Positions 19,211-27,990 of a stretch of DNA of 64,000 nt are shown piece after piece. The notes beneath the pieces were generated by a model. It ran no database searches and was not told where the DNA came from. It worked only from the letters and a program-made list of their open reading frames with translations. Source of the DNA: an uncultured Methylomirabilota bacterium (GTDB lineage: Bacteria; Methylomirabilota; Methylomirabilia; Methylomirabilales; 2-02-FULL-66-22); assembly GCA_963845565.1 (NCBI GenBank), contig CAWJSJ010000002.1:672001-736000 (forward strand). The letters run 5' to 3'. Numbering within the stretch: position 1 is the stretch's first letter; each line of letters starts with the position of its first letter. Made by a program: the position numbers and the translations under genes.

Positions 19211-19680
19211 TGGCGGGAACGAACCTCTCCGGCGTCATCTTCACACTGTCCAACCGGGAGCCGTCGACCGACGTGACGGTCACGCCGGCTGCCTGGCGCG
19301 TGCTGGCCCATTGCGACGGCGTACGTTCCGTGGCGGAGATTGCCCGGGTTGTGGCGATGGACGAGGCGGCCGTGGCCCAGGTGGCGGACACCTTCTTCCG
19401 GTGCGGCATCCTGCAACTGGCCGCCGGAAGTCCGGCGCCACCCCGCCCGCCGGTCAGCAAAGCCTTCTTCGATCAACTCACCAATGAACTCGCGCGGGCC
19501 ATCGGCCCCTTGGCCGCGTTCACCGTGGAGGACGAGATTGCGGCGCTTGGCGAGGCCCGGGACAACTTTCCGCGCGATGAGATCCCGGCACTCGTCGAGC
19601 GTCTGAGCCACGGAATCCGCGACGACGCCAGACGGCTCGGATTCCAGCAGGTCATGCTGGAGGCGATTCGCAAGCTGTAA
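19210..19680 (+). CDS. Winged-helix domain plus C-terminal 'IGP(L/I)A' helical domain protein
   Basis: WRVLAHCDGVRSVAEIA...GIL (wHTH seen in DUF4388-type proteins), then LARAIGPLAAFTVEDEI. TGATG coupling with the upstream gene. Confidence 0.72.
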   Translation: MAGTNLSGVIFTLSNREPSTDVTVTPAAWRVLAHCDGVRSVAEIARVVAMDEAAVAQVADTFFRCGILQLAAGSPAPPRPPVSKAFFDQLTNELARAIGPLAAFTVEDEIAALGEARDNFPRDEIPALVERLSHGIRDDARRLGFQQVMLEAIRKL

Positions 19681-19740
19681 CGCCTTGCCGGTTCGCGGAA
19701 GCGATCGCCCCGGCGGAGGGGCCACCGAAAGGAGCGCGCT

Positions 19741-21000
19741 GTGGCAACCGCGACGACATCCACGATCTACGCTCGGGTGAATCCACCGAAGGTCCGTCCC
19801 TGGCGCATGCGCAGCAGGGTGGTGGTGATCCTCTTGCTCGTATCGCAGATTCCCCTGATCTGCGTGGCAGGCTTTACCATTCTTACGGCCCGCAAGGCGC
19901 TGCTGGACCAGGCGAGCATCAACATGCTGAGCGTCACCACGGAAGTGGCGCGCGAGATCGACAACCAGCTGCTCGGGTGGCGTGAGAACATCGTCGCCAT
20001 GAGCCAAATGCCCGAGATCATCGCGTACGCGGCCAAGCCGACGGAGGCGACGGCGAAAACCGCCATGGCGGCCCTCAAGGCGGAGGCGACCAAGGCGAAT
20101 TACCAATCGGTCGCGATTTGCCGGGATGGAAAGATCGTCCTGTCCTCCTCGGACCCGGACGTGGGTGCGGACGTCTCGTTTCGCGCCTACTTCAACGAGG
20201 CCATGAAGGGTCAGGTGATCGTGACGGAACCGTCGATTTCCACCACAACCAACAAGCCGGCTCTCTTCATGAGCTCCCCCATCCGCGACGCCAACGGCGA
20301 AGTGCTGGCCGTTGTGCGCAGCCGGCTCGATCTGTACGGGATCTGGGATCTTGTCGAGAAGGCGGCGGTCCAATCGGTTCCGGGCACGACCGCCATGCTG
20401 CTGGACGACGATGGGATCCGGATCGCCCACAGCGCCAGCAAGGGCCAACGCGAGGCCGTGGCCAAGACCCTGTTGTACCGCGCGGTGGCCCCCTTGACTC
20501 CGGAGGCCACACGGGCGATCGTGACGGAAAAGCGCTTCGGGAATTTCACGACCGATCGCGTGGACGTGCTCCCACTCCCCGAGGTCGCGGCCGCCTTCAA
20601 GGCGGGGCAGGCGACGACCTTCGAGGCCTTGGCAGACAACAGCACGCTGCGTCACCAGTCGGCGGCCGTGCCGCTGGAAACCAAAAACTGGCGCTTGGTC
20701 TTGCAGGCGCCACAGCCGTCCTTCACCAGCGCCGCCGTCAAGATGACGCAGATCGGCGGGGTGGCTGCCGCCGTGTTCGGCCTGTTGACCGTTCTGGCGG
20801 CATTCTTCATCGCGCGCGGGATCACGTCGCCCCTGGTACAGCTGGCGGATGTGGCCGATCGCATCAGTCTCGGCGAGTTGAACGCGAAGATCCGGATCGA
20901 TCGGCAGGACGAAATCGGCGACCTGGCCGAAGCGTTGCGTCGCATGCAAGTGAGCCTTCAGACGGCCATCGAGCGACTGCGGGCCAAACGCAACGCATAG
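19741..21000 (+). CDS. Membrane receptor: TM-dCache-TM-HAMP with no output domain
   Basis: GAAAGGAG RBS and GTG start, DVSFRAYFNEAMKG, MSSPIRDANGEVLAV, ITSPLVQLADVADRISLGEL...DEIGDLAEALRRM. The stop follows about 17 aa later. Confidence 0.88.
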   Translation: MATATTSTIYARVNPPKVRPWRMRSRVVVILLLVSQIPLICVAGFTILTARKALLDQASINMLSVTTEVAREIDNQLLGWRENIVAMSQMPEIIAYAAKPTEATAKTAMAALKAEATKANYQSVAICRDGKIVLSSSDPDVGADVSFRAYFNEAMKGQVIVTEPSISTTTNKPALFMSSPIRDANGEVLAVVRSRLDLYGIWDLVEKAAVQSVPGTTAMLLDDDGIRIAHSASKGQREAVAKTLLYRAVAPLTPEATRAIVTEKRFGNFTTDRVDVLPLPEVAAAFKAGQATTFEALADNSTLRHQSAAVPLETKNWRLVLQAPQPSFTSAAVKMTQIGGVAAAVFGLLTVLAAFFIARGITSPLVQLADVADRISLGELNAKIRIDRQDEIGDLAEALRRMQVSLQTAIERLRAKRNA

Positions 21001-21189
21001 CTGTTCGCCGCGGGCCCCGTTGGGGCCACGCCTGTCGGCGTGGGCCTCTTCAGTCAGAAACGGGCTCGCCCAGCGTATGGTGCCATAACACACAGGCGGC
21101 CCCTTGGGTGATATGACCCAAGGGACCGCCTGCTGTTCCCGCACTCACGATCCCGCCTCGTCGGGCACAACCCAAGCCCGCATGCATCC

Positions 21190-21687
21190 TTACACCTGGA
21201 TGAACTCCTCCCCCAGTTCGCCGCAGATCGGACATGATGCCGGAGCCTCGCCCAGCTCGATATGCCCGCACACGGGACACAGGAAAAACTTGGTCTCGGT
21301 GAGGTCTTTGCCCTGCTTCACGGCCTCCAGGGCCATGGCGTAGAGCTTTGCGTGGACGGCCTCGGCCCGCACGGCGTAGCCGAACATCCGCTTGGCCGCG
21401 TGCTTGTCTGCGGTCGCCTGGGTGAGCATGGGGGGGTACATCTGGGTGTACTCGTGCGTCTCGCCGCCGATGGCCGCCTGGAGGTTCGCGGCCGTGGCCC
21501 CGATCCCGCCCATGGCCTCCAGGTGGCCGTGGGCGTGAATCGTCTCGGCCTCCGCGGTCGTCCGGAACAGGCGTGCGATGTTCGGGAACCCGTCCTGGTC
21601 CGCCTTCTTCGCGAACGCCAGATACTTCCGGTTGGCTTGACTCTCGCCGGCAAACGCCTCCTTCAGATTCTCCGGTGTGCTCGCCAT
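21190..21687 (-). CDS. rbr: Rubrerythrin
   Basis: NLKEAFAGESQANRKY, EAETIHA, GETHEY..MYP, EAVH, CPVCGH, CPICG. Confidence 0.96.
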   Translation of the reverse strand: MASTPENLKEAFAGESQANRKYLAFAKKADQDGFPNIARLFRTTAEAETIHAHGHLEAMGGIGATAANLQAAIGGETHEYTQMYPPMLTQATADKHAAKRMFGYAVRAEAVHAKLYAMALEAVKQGKDLTETKFFLCPVCGHIELGEAPASCPICGELGEEFIQV

Positions 21688-21985
21688 GGTCACCCTCCTC
21701 CGTCTCCATCGGTTAAAAGAAGACACCCCGCCATCGGGCCCGTACGCGACATCCTACCCATATCCGTACGCCGAATTCCCGCGGGCGTCAATCCCCAGCT
21801 TCCCCAGGATTGGACATTGTCTAAAAGACCGAATCAACCCGGCAGGGCCATCCGGAGAATCGGCGGCGGCTGGACGCTGATGGTGGGGAACCTGGTGTGA
21901 CCCGCGCCCGCTGGGCGCGAGCAAAGGTCCCGGCGGGATCCCCGTTCGATCGGGCGAACCCCGCGGCCCCTCATCGGGATGCCGC

Positions 21986-23002
21986 TCAGGCCCCGGATGC
22001 CGCGACCCCGCGGGCCGCGCGAAGCTCTCCCATGAGCTGGGCGAAGCCGGCGGGGTCGAGCGACTGCGGGCCGTCGCAGAGGGCGTGGGCCGGGTCGGGG
22101 TGGACCTCCACCATGACGCCGGCGGCGCCGACCACGAACGCCGCCTTGGCCATGGGGGTCACCAGATCGCGACGCCCCAGCGCGTGGCTGGGGTCCACGA
22201 TGACCGGCAGATGCGTCACCTGGCGGAGGAAGGGGACGACACCCAGGTCGAGGGTGTTGCGGAGCGCCCGCTCGAACGTGCGGATGCCCCGTTCGCAGAG
22301 AATGACTTGGTCGTTTCCTTCCAGCAGGATGTACTCGGCCGCGGCCAGGAATTCTTCCAGCGTGGCACTCATGCCCCGCTTCAAGAGAACCGGTTTCCCG
22401 ATGTGGCCGAGCTCTTTGAGGAGATCGAAGTTCTGCATGTTGCGGGCGCCGACCTGCAGGCAGTCGGCGACGGCGGCGACCGGCTCCAGCTGATCGATGC
22501 GCATGACCTCGGTGACGATGGGCAGCCCGACCGCCCGCCCCGCCTCCACCAGGTATTCCAGCCCCTCGTATCCCAGGCCCTGAAACGTGTGGGGCCCGGT
22601 GCGCGGCTTGAAGGCTCCGCCCCGCAGGATGCCTGCGCCGGCGGCCTTCACCGCCCGGGCGGTCGTGAGGACCTGGTCCCGGCTTTCCACCGTGCAGGGG
22701 CCCGCGATCACGATCGGAGCCAGCCCCCAACCCACCGCGATCCCGCCCACGCGGACCACCGAGTCGGCCGGGTGAAAGTCCCGGCTCACCAGCTTGTAGG
22801 GCTTGGTGACGTGGATCAGCTCCTGGATGCCCGGCAGGTCGCGGAACGGCTCTTCGTCCACGTACCCCTGATTGCCGAGCACCCCGATGGCGACCCGATT
22901 CTCGCCCGGGATGGGCTGGGGCGTGTACCCGAGCCGCCGCACCGCGTCGAGCACCGCGCCGACCTGCTCCTGGGTTGCCTTGTGTACCATGACGATGAGC
23001 AT
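21986..23002 (-). CDS. aroF: DAHP synthase type I-beta with N-terminal regulatory domain
   Basis: [55 protein letters not shown]. Confidence 0.95.
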   Translation of the reverse strand: MLIVMVHKATQEQVGAVLDAVRRLGYTPQPIPGENRVAIGVLGNQGYVDEEPFRDLPGIQELIHVTKPYKLVSRDFHPADSVVRVGGIAVGWGLAPIVIAGPCTVESRDQVLTTARAVKAAGAGILRGGAFKPRTGPHTFQGLGYEGLEYLVEAGRAVGLPIVTEVMRIDQLEPVAAVADCLQVGARNMQNFDLLKELGHIGKPVLLKRGMSATLEEFLAAAEYILLEGNDQVILCERGIRTFERALRNTLDLGVVPFLRQVTHLPVIVDPSHALGRRDLVTPMAKAAFVVGAAGVMVEVHPDPAHALCDGPQSLDPAGFAQLMGELRAARGVAASGA

Positions 23003-23262
23003 GAACACCTCCGCAAGGGTCCTGGGCGCGCGGGCCGCCGCGTTGGCGGCTCTACCCGCCACGAGATCTCAGACGTCGGCACAGAGTTGCACAGCAGAAA
23101 CGATTTGTCCACGGCGCCGTATCGTTCCGGTCACATCGTTACAGCCTTGACGCCCTTCCACCTGCCGTGATACCTAGCGAGTGTCGCAACGGGACGAGGG
23201 ATCTGCGCGGTCGGTCTGAGGCCGGCCGGTCCCACGAGGGGCGTTTCGCGAGGAGGGGCACC

Positions 23263-23940
23263 ATGCCGACGACAGCACGCGTGACATTCTCATCCGAGGC
23301 GGGACAAGCAGAAGGGCACGTGGCTCGACCGGGGAAAGCCGTGCCGGGGATCATCGTTCTCCAGGAATGGTGGGGGCTCGTGCCGCACATCAAGGATGTG
23401 GCGGCCCGCTTCGCCGCCCAGGGGTACGTCGCTCTGGCACCGGACCTGTACCACGGCAAGAGCACCCTGGAGGCCGCCGAGGCCCAACACCTGATGGAGG
23501 GACTGGACTGGGGACGGGCGGCGAAGGAGATCGCCGGCGCCGTCCGGTACCTCCGGGAGGTCGAGGGGGCGACGCGGGTGGGCGTCACGGGCTTTTGCAT
23601 GGGCGGGGCGCTCACCATCATCGCGGCCACGCAGCCCGGCGTGGATGCCTACGTCGCGTTCTATGGATTCCCGCCCGCGGGGGCGGCGCCCGTCGAGCGC
23701 ATCACGGCCCCCGGCATCCTCTTTTTCGGCGAAAAGGAGGAATACTTCTCCGTGCCGGATGCCCAGGCCTTCGCCGAGGGACAACGGAAGCGCGGGCGCG
23801 AGGCCGAGGTGGTGGTCTATCCCGGTGCCGGCCACGCCTTCTTCAACGACACGCGCCCCGAGGCATATCGGAAAGAGGCGGCCAACGACGCCTGGCGGCG
23901 GACGCTGGACCATTTCGGCCGCCACCTCCGTCTCGGCTAG
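23263..23940 (+). CDS. Dienelactone hydrolase family protein
   Basis: QEWWGL, ALAPDLY, GFCMGG, YPGAGHAFFND. Confidence 0.95.
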   Translation: MPTTARVTFSSEAGQAEGHVARPGKAVPGIIVLQEWWGLVPHIKDVAARFAAQGYVALAPDLYHGKSTLEAAEAQHLMEGLDWGRAAKEIAGAVRYLREVEGATRVGVTGFCMGGALTIIAATQPGVDAYVAFYGFPPAGAAPVERITAPGILFFGEKEEYFSVPDAQAFAEGQRKRGREAEVVVYPGAGHAFFNDTRPEAYRKEAANDAWRRTLDHFGRHLRLG

Positions 23941-24031
23941 CCGCCTGCCCGCCTCCCCGTGATGACCGCGCGCCGCCCACCGGGTGCGACCGGTTGCGGA
24001 GCGTTGCGCGGGCGTCGCCCCAAGGAGACGC

Positions 24032-24502
24032 ATGGAGATCTATCTGGTCCGCCATGGCGAGGCCATCTCGGCGCTGGTCGAGCCGACGCAACCGCTTGGC
24101 GATCGCGGGCGGGCAGAGGCGACCCACGTCGCCCGCCACGCGGCAGCATTCAAGGTGCAGGTCGCGGAGATCCGGCACTCGACCAAGCTCCGCGCGAAGC
24201 AGACGGCCGAGATCCTGGCCGCCCACCTTGCGCCCGTGCGCGGCGTTCACGAGGTGAATTACTTGGCGCCCTCGGCCGACCCCGGCCGGGCGCAGGATGC
24301 AGTGGAGAAGGCGACCGAGCCGCTGATGCTGGTCGGCCACCTCCCGCACCTGGCGCGGCTGGCGTCCTTGCTGCTGGTGGGGGACGCCCATCGCGAGATC
24401 GTCCGGTTCCGAACGGCCGCCATGGCGCGGCTGGAACGCACCGACCGGGGCTGGGCGCTGAGCTGGATCCTCACGCCGGACCTCGTCGGCCCCGGGACGT
24501 GA
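24032..24502 (+). CDS. sixA: Phosphohistidine phosphatase SixA-like
   Basis: MEIYLVRHGEA, HSTKLRAKQTA, MLVGHLPHL. Confidence 0.9.
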   Translation: MEIYLVRHGEAISALVEPTQPLGDRGRAEATHVARHAAAFKVQVAEIRHSTKLRAKQTAEILAAHLAPVRGVHEVNYLAPSADPGRAQDAVEKATEPLMLVGHLPHLARLASLLLVGDAHREIVRFRTAAMARLERTDRGWALSWILTPDLVGPGT

Positions 24503-24529
24503 CCCGCAGGTGGGATCTCCTTTGCGGCG

Positions 24530-25549
24530 TCAGGTCTCGCCGCCGCCGGGCAAGCCGAAGGCCTGGGCCAGGAGCTCATAGGAGCGGAGCCGGGCCTTGA
24601 AATCGTGCGTGATTGTCAGGACCACGAACTCGCTCACCCCGCAGCGCCCTCCCAGCTCCTCCAGCCGACGGCGCACCTGCTCGGGCGTGCCCACCACACT
24701 TCGCAGACGGGCATCCCGCAGGATCACCTGCTCCTGCGGCGTGTACGGGTACGCCTCGGCCTCCTCGACGGTCGGATACGGACCGGACCGGCCGGTGTAG
24801 AGCCGTACCAGGAAGAGGTCGCGGCTCCTGGCCAGCCGCGCGGCCTCGGCGTCCGTGTCCGCGCACACGACGAAGACCGCCAGACTGGCTTCCGGCGCGG
24901 CGAGGGCGGCCGACGGCCGGAAATGATGCGCGTAGGCGCGGATCACGGCATCCGCCCCACGGCTGTTGATGAAGTGTGCGAAGGAGAAAGCCGTCCCGCA
25001 GGTCGCCGCCAGGGCGGCGCTCTGGTCGCTGGAGCCCAGGAGCCACACAGGCGGCGCGCCGGGCCCGGCAGGCATCGCGGTGATCCCGGCACAGGGGTGG
25101 TCGGACGGGAGATCGTTCCGGAGAAAGCCGATCAGGTCAGCGACCTTCCGCGGGAACTGCTCCACCGCCAGGGCGGCGGTCTCCGGCGCCAGGGCCGCCG
25201 CGGTCCGCGGGTCGCTGCCGGGGGCTCGGCCGATCCCCAGGTCGATCCGGCCAGGGAACAGGGTCTCCAGCATCCGGAAGTTCTCGGCCACCTTGAGGGG
25301 GCTGTAGTGGCTCAACATCACGCCGCCCGACCCCACGCGGATCCGGGTGGTGCGCGCCGCCACCTGGCCGATCAGGATCTCCGGGCTGGAACCGGCCAGC
25401 GCCGGCGTGGCGTGATGCTCGGCCAGCCAGTACCGGTGGTAGCCGAGCCGGTCCGCGATCCGGGCGAGCTCCAGGGTTTCCTGCAGGGCCTGGGCCGGCG
25501 TACCGCCGCTCCGGATGGGGGACTGATCCAAGACGCTGAGCCGGGTCAT
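24530..25549 (-). CDS. LLM-class (luciferase-like) flavin-dependent oxidoreductase
   Basis: LSVLDQSP, RYWLAEHH, RVGSGGVML.HYSPLKVAE, RIDLGIGRAPG, FAHFIN. Confidence 0.95.
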   Translation of the reverse strand: MTRLSVLDQSPIRSGGTPAQALQETLELARIADRLGYHRYWLAEHHATPALAGSSPEILIGQVAARTTRIRVGSGGVMLSHYSPLKVAENFRMLETLFPGRIDLGIGRAPGSDPRTAAALAPETAALAVEQFPRKVADLIGFLRNDLPSDHPCAGITAMPAGPGAPPVWLLGSSDQSAALAATCGTAFSFAHFINSRGADAVIRAYAHHFRPSAALAAPEASLAVFVVCADTDAEAARLARSRDLFLVRLYTGRSGPYPTVEEAEAYPYTPQEQVILRDARLRSVVGTPEQVRRRLEELGGRCGVSEFVVLTITHDFKARLRSYELLAQAFGLPGGGET

Positions 25550-25809
25550 GGCGAGACTCCTGTGCTGGTGGCGGGCGGACCGGGTACCCATCCGCCAGGA
25601 TGGGTGCGGTGTCACCGCTTAAGCCCGCATCGTTCGCGAGTTGTGTTCGCGAATAATGCGGGCTAGAGGGTACGCGGGTTAGGACGAGGGGGCAACCTCA
25701 ATAACCGATGTGCGGGCTCATTGGCCACTGGGAAACGCCAGGGACGTGGTATAGTCTGTCCGCCACGGCGAGGACGACGCGGTACCATGGAGGTGGGGAG
25801 GCTTTTCGG

Positions 25810-27201
25810 ATGGGCGAGATTCTTCTGCTGCTGATCGGCGCCGTGGTCGGCGGCGCTCTGGGATGGCTCTGGGCGACGCGTCGGGGCCGGGCGGAACACG
25901 CCGCCTGCGTGCGGGACCTGGAGAATCGCCTGGCGACGCAGGAAGGCGGCGGCGCCGCGATCCGGGAGCAACTGGAGAATAGTCGGCGGGAGATTGACCG
26001 TCTCCAGGCCGATCTGCGCGCGATCACCGCCCAGAAAGCGGACGCCGAGGCGCGGGCCAGCGAGATCCGGGCCAGCCTGGAGGAGCAGAAACGCCTCCTG
26101 GAAGAGGCCAAGACGCGCCTCACGGAGGCCTTCCGCGCGCTGGCCGCCGACGCGCTGAAGAGCAGCAACGAAGATTTCCTCCGCCTGGCGGAGGAGCGGT
26201 TCAAGGCGCTCACCCAGGCGGCAACGGGCGAGCTGGAGGCCCGCAAGACCGCGGTCGAAACCCTCGTCCAGCCGTTGCAGCAGGCCCTGGAGGCCTACCA
26301 GAAAGAGGCCCGGGAGCTGGAGGAGAAGCGACTGCGAGAGATCTCGGGCGTGAGCCGGCAGCTCGGCGACGTCGCCCTGGCGCAGACGGCGCTGCAGCGC
26401 GAGACGGCGAATCTGGTGAACGCCCTGCGGGCGCCGCAGGTCCGGGGTCGCTGGGGAGAGATCGCGCTTCGCAAGACCGCCGAGCTGGCCGGCATGACGA
26501 AGTACTGCGACTTCGACGAGCAGGCCAGCGTCCAGACCGAGGGCGGGCGGCTGCGGCCGGACATGATCGTGCACCTTCCCGCCCAGCGCGACATCGTGGT
26601 GGATGCCAAGGTGGCGTTGAACGCCTATCTGGAGTCCCTGGAGGCCTCCACCCCGGAATCGCGCGAGGCGGCCCTGGTGCGCCACGCCCAGCAGGTTCGA
26701 ATGCACGTCAAGCGGCTGGCGTCTAAGGAGTACTGGAGCCAGTTCCCGCAGGCGCCGGACTTCGTCGTGCTGTTCATCCCGGGCGAGGTCTTCTTCGCGG
26801 CCGCGGCGGAGCGGGACCCGGAGCTCTTGCAGGATGCGCTGTCGAATCAGGTGCTGATCGCCACCCCGACGACCTTCATCGGGCTGCTCCTGACGGCGGC
26901 CTACGGGTGGCGACAGGAGCAGATTGCGGAGAACGCCCAGCGGATCAGCGAACTCGGTCGCCAGGTCCATGAGCGACTGAGCGTGCTCGTCGAGCACTTC
27001 GCCGGGGTCGGCCGCGCCCTGGAAAAATCGGTCGAGGCGTACAACAAAGCGGTCGGCTCGCTGGAAACACGGGTCTTGCCGTCTGCCCGCCGGTTCGCGG
27101 AACTGGATCCGGGGAGCGGGAGGCCGATTCAGGGACTGGAGCCGATCGCCCAGGCGCCCCGGGCGCTGGCGGTCCGGGATGGGGTCGGGCCGGAGACGTG
27201 A
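25810..27201 (+). CDS. rmuC: DNA recombination protein RmuC
   Basis: N-terminal TM and coiled coil, RGRWGEIAL, LRPDMIVHLP, VDAKV, DFVVLFIPGE, ATPTT. Confidence 0.95.
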   Translation: MGEILLLLIGAVVGGALGWLWATRRGRAEHAACVRDLENRLATQEGGGAAIREQLENSRREIDRLQADLRAITAQKADAEARASEIRASLEEQKRLLEEAKTRLTEAFRALAADALKSSNEDFLRLAEERFKALTQAATGELEARKTAVETLVQPLQQALEAYQKEARELEEKRLREISGVSRQLGDVALAQTALQRETANLVNALRAPQVRGRWGEIALRKTAELAGMTKYCDFDEQASVQTEGGRLRPDMIVHLPAQRDIVVDAKVALNAYLESLEASTPESREAALVRHAQQVRMHVKRLASKEYWSQFPQAPDFVVLFIPGEVFFAAAAERDPELLQDALSNQVLIATPTTFIGLLLTAAYGWRQEQIAENAQRISELGRQVHERLSVLVEHFAGVGRALEKSVEAYNKAVGSLETRVLPSARRFAELDPGSGRPIQGLEPIAQAPRALAVRDGVGPET

Positions 27202-27207
27202 TGGGCG

Positions 27208-27236
27208 TTGACATGCCGAAGGGCATTGGGTAGCCT
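27208..27236 (+). promoter_or_regulatory. Putative sigma70 promoter
   Basis: TTGACA-N17-TAGCCT upstream of the nuclease-helicase pair. Confidence 0.5.
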
Positions 27237-27269
27237 TCTCGTGCGGCGGTCAGTGCGGACCCACCGCCG

Positions 27270-27926
27270 ATGCCTTCGCGGCAGACCCCGCAACGCATGC
27301 GGCGCCGGCGGACAGTACGGAGCGTTTCGGTGAACGTGCGCCTCTTCCTTGCGAACCTGAGGCGGCAAACGGCCTGGCCCGGAGCCGGCCTCGCCCTGGT
27401 CGCCCTCCTGGCCGTGATGTGGCTGGTTCCCGCCGCCGCCCGTGGGGGGGAGGGGCCGGTGACGCGCCTGTGGGGGACGGTGCGCAGCATGCCGACCGGC
27501 ACCCATCTGGTGGTGGTCTCGCCCGACCAGGGCTCGCTGGAGGTTCGGCTGCTCGGCGTGGTCCTGCCCGAGCCCCCGCGGACGGGCCCGACCGGCATCG
27601 CCGTCGGAGGGCAGCCCTTCGGCGCGCAGGCGGAGCGCTACGCGCGGGACCTGCTCTTGGAAAAACAGGTCAGCCTCGACGTCTACGGGAAGGACCGAGC
27701 GGGCCGCCGGCTGGCGGTGGTGTGGCTGGGAGAGATCAACGTGAATCTCACGCTGGTCAAGGAAGGGCTGGCGTGGGTGGATCCGTTCCTCACCGCGACG
27801 AACGTCCGGGCTGCCCTGGAGGTCGCGGAGCGCCAGGCACAAGTGGGGAGGTACGGTCTGTGGGGCCTGCCGGAACCCGAACCGCCCTGGGAGTACCGCA
27901 AACGCCACCGTCTGGCCTCCGAGTGA
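27270..27926 (+). CDS. Thermonuclease (SNase)-like exported protein, catalytic residues apparently degenerate; start uncertain
   Basis: VRLLGV..PE, GQPFG..A, GKDRAGRRLAVVW, VNLTLVKEGLAW, AE..A....GLW....PPWEYR. Confidence 0.85.
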   Translation: MPSRQTPQRMRRRRTVRSVSVNVRLFLANLRRQTAWPGAGLALVALLAVMWLVPAAARGGEGPVTRLWGTVRSMPTGTHLVVVSPDQGSLEVRLLGVVLPEPPRTGPTGIAVGGQPFGAQAERYARDLLLEKQVSLDVYGKDRAGRRLAVVWLGEINVNLTLVKEGLAWVDPFLTATNVRAALEVAERQAQVGRYGLWGLPEPEPPWEYRKRHRLASE

Positions 27927-27990
27927 GCGAACCGCCCGAATCGGCTGCCGAGGCCCGTCCCGGTGCCCGGCCCCGGAGGCCCGCACGCCC

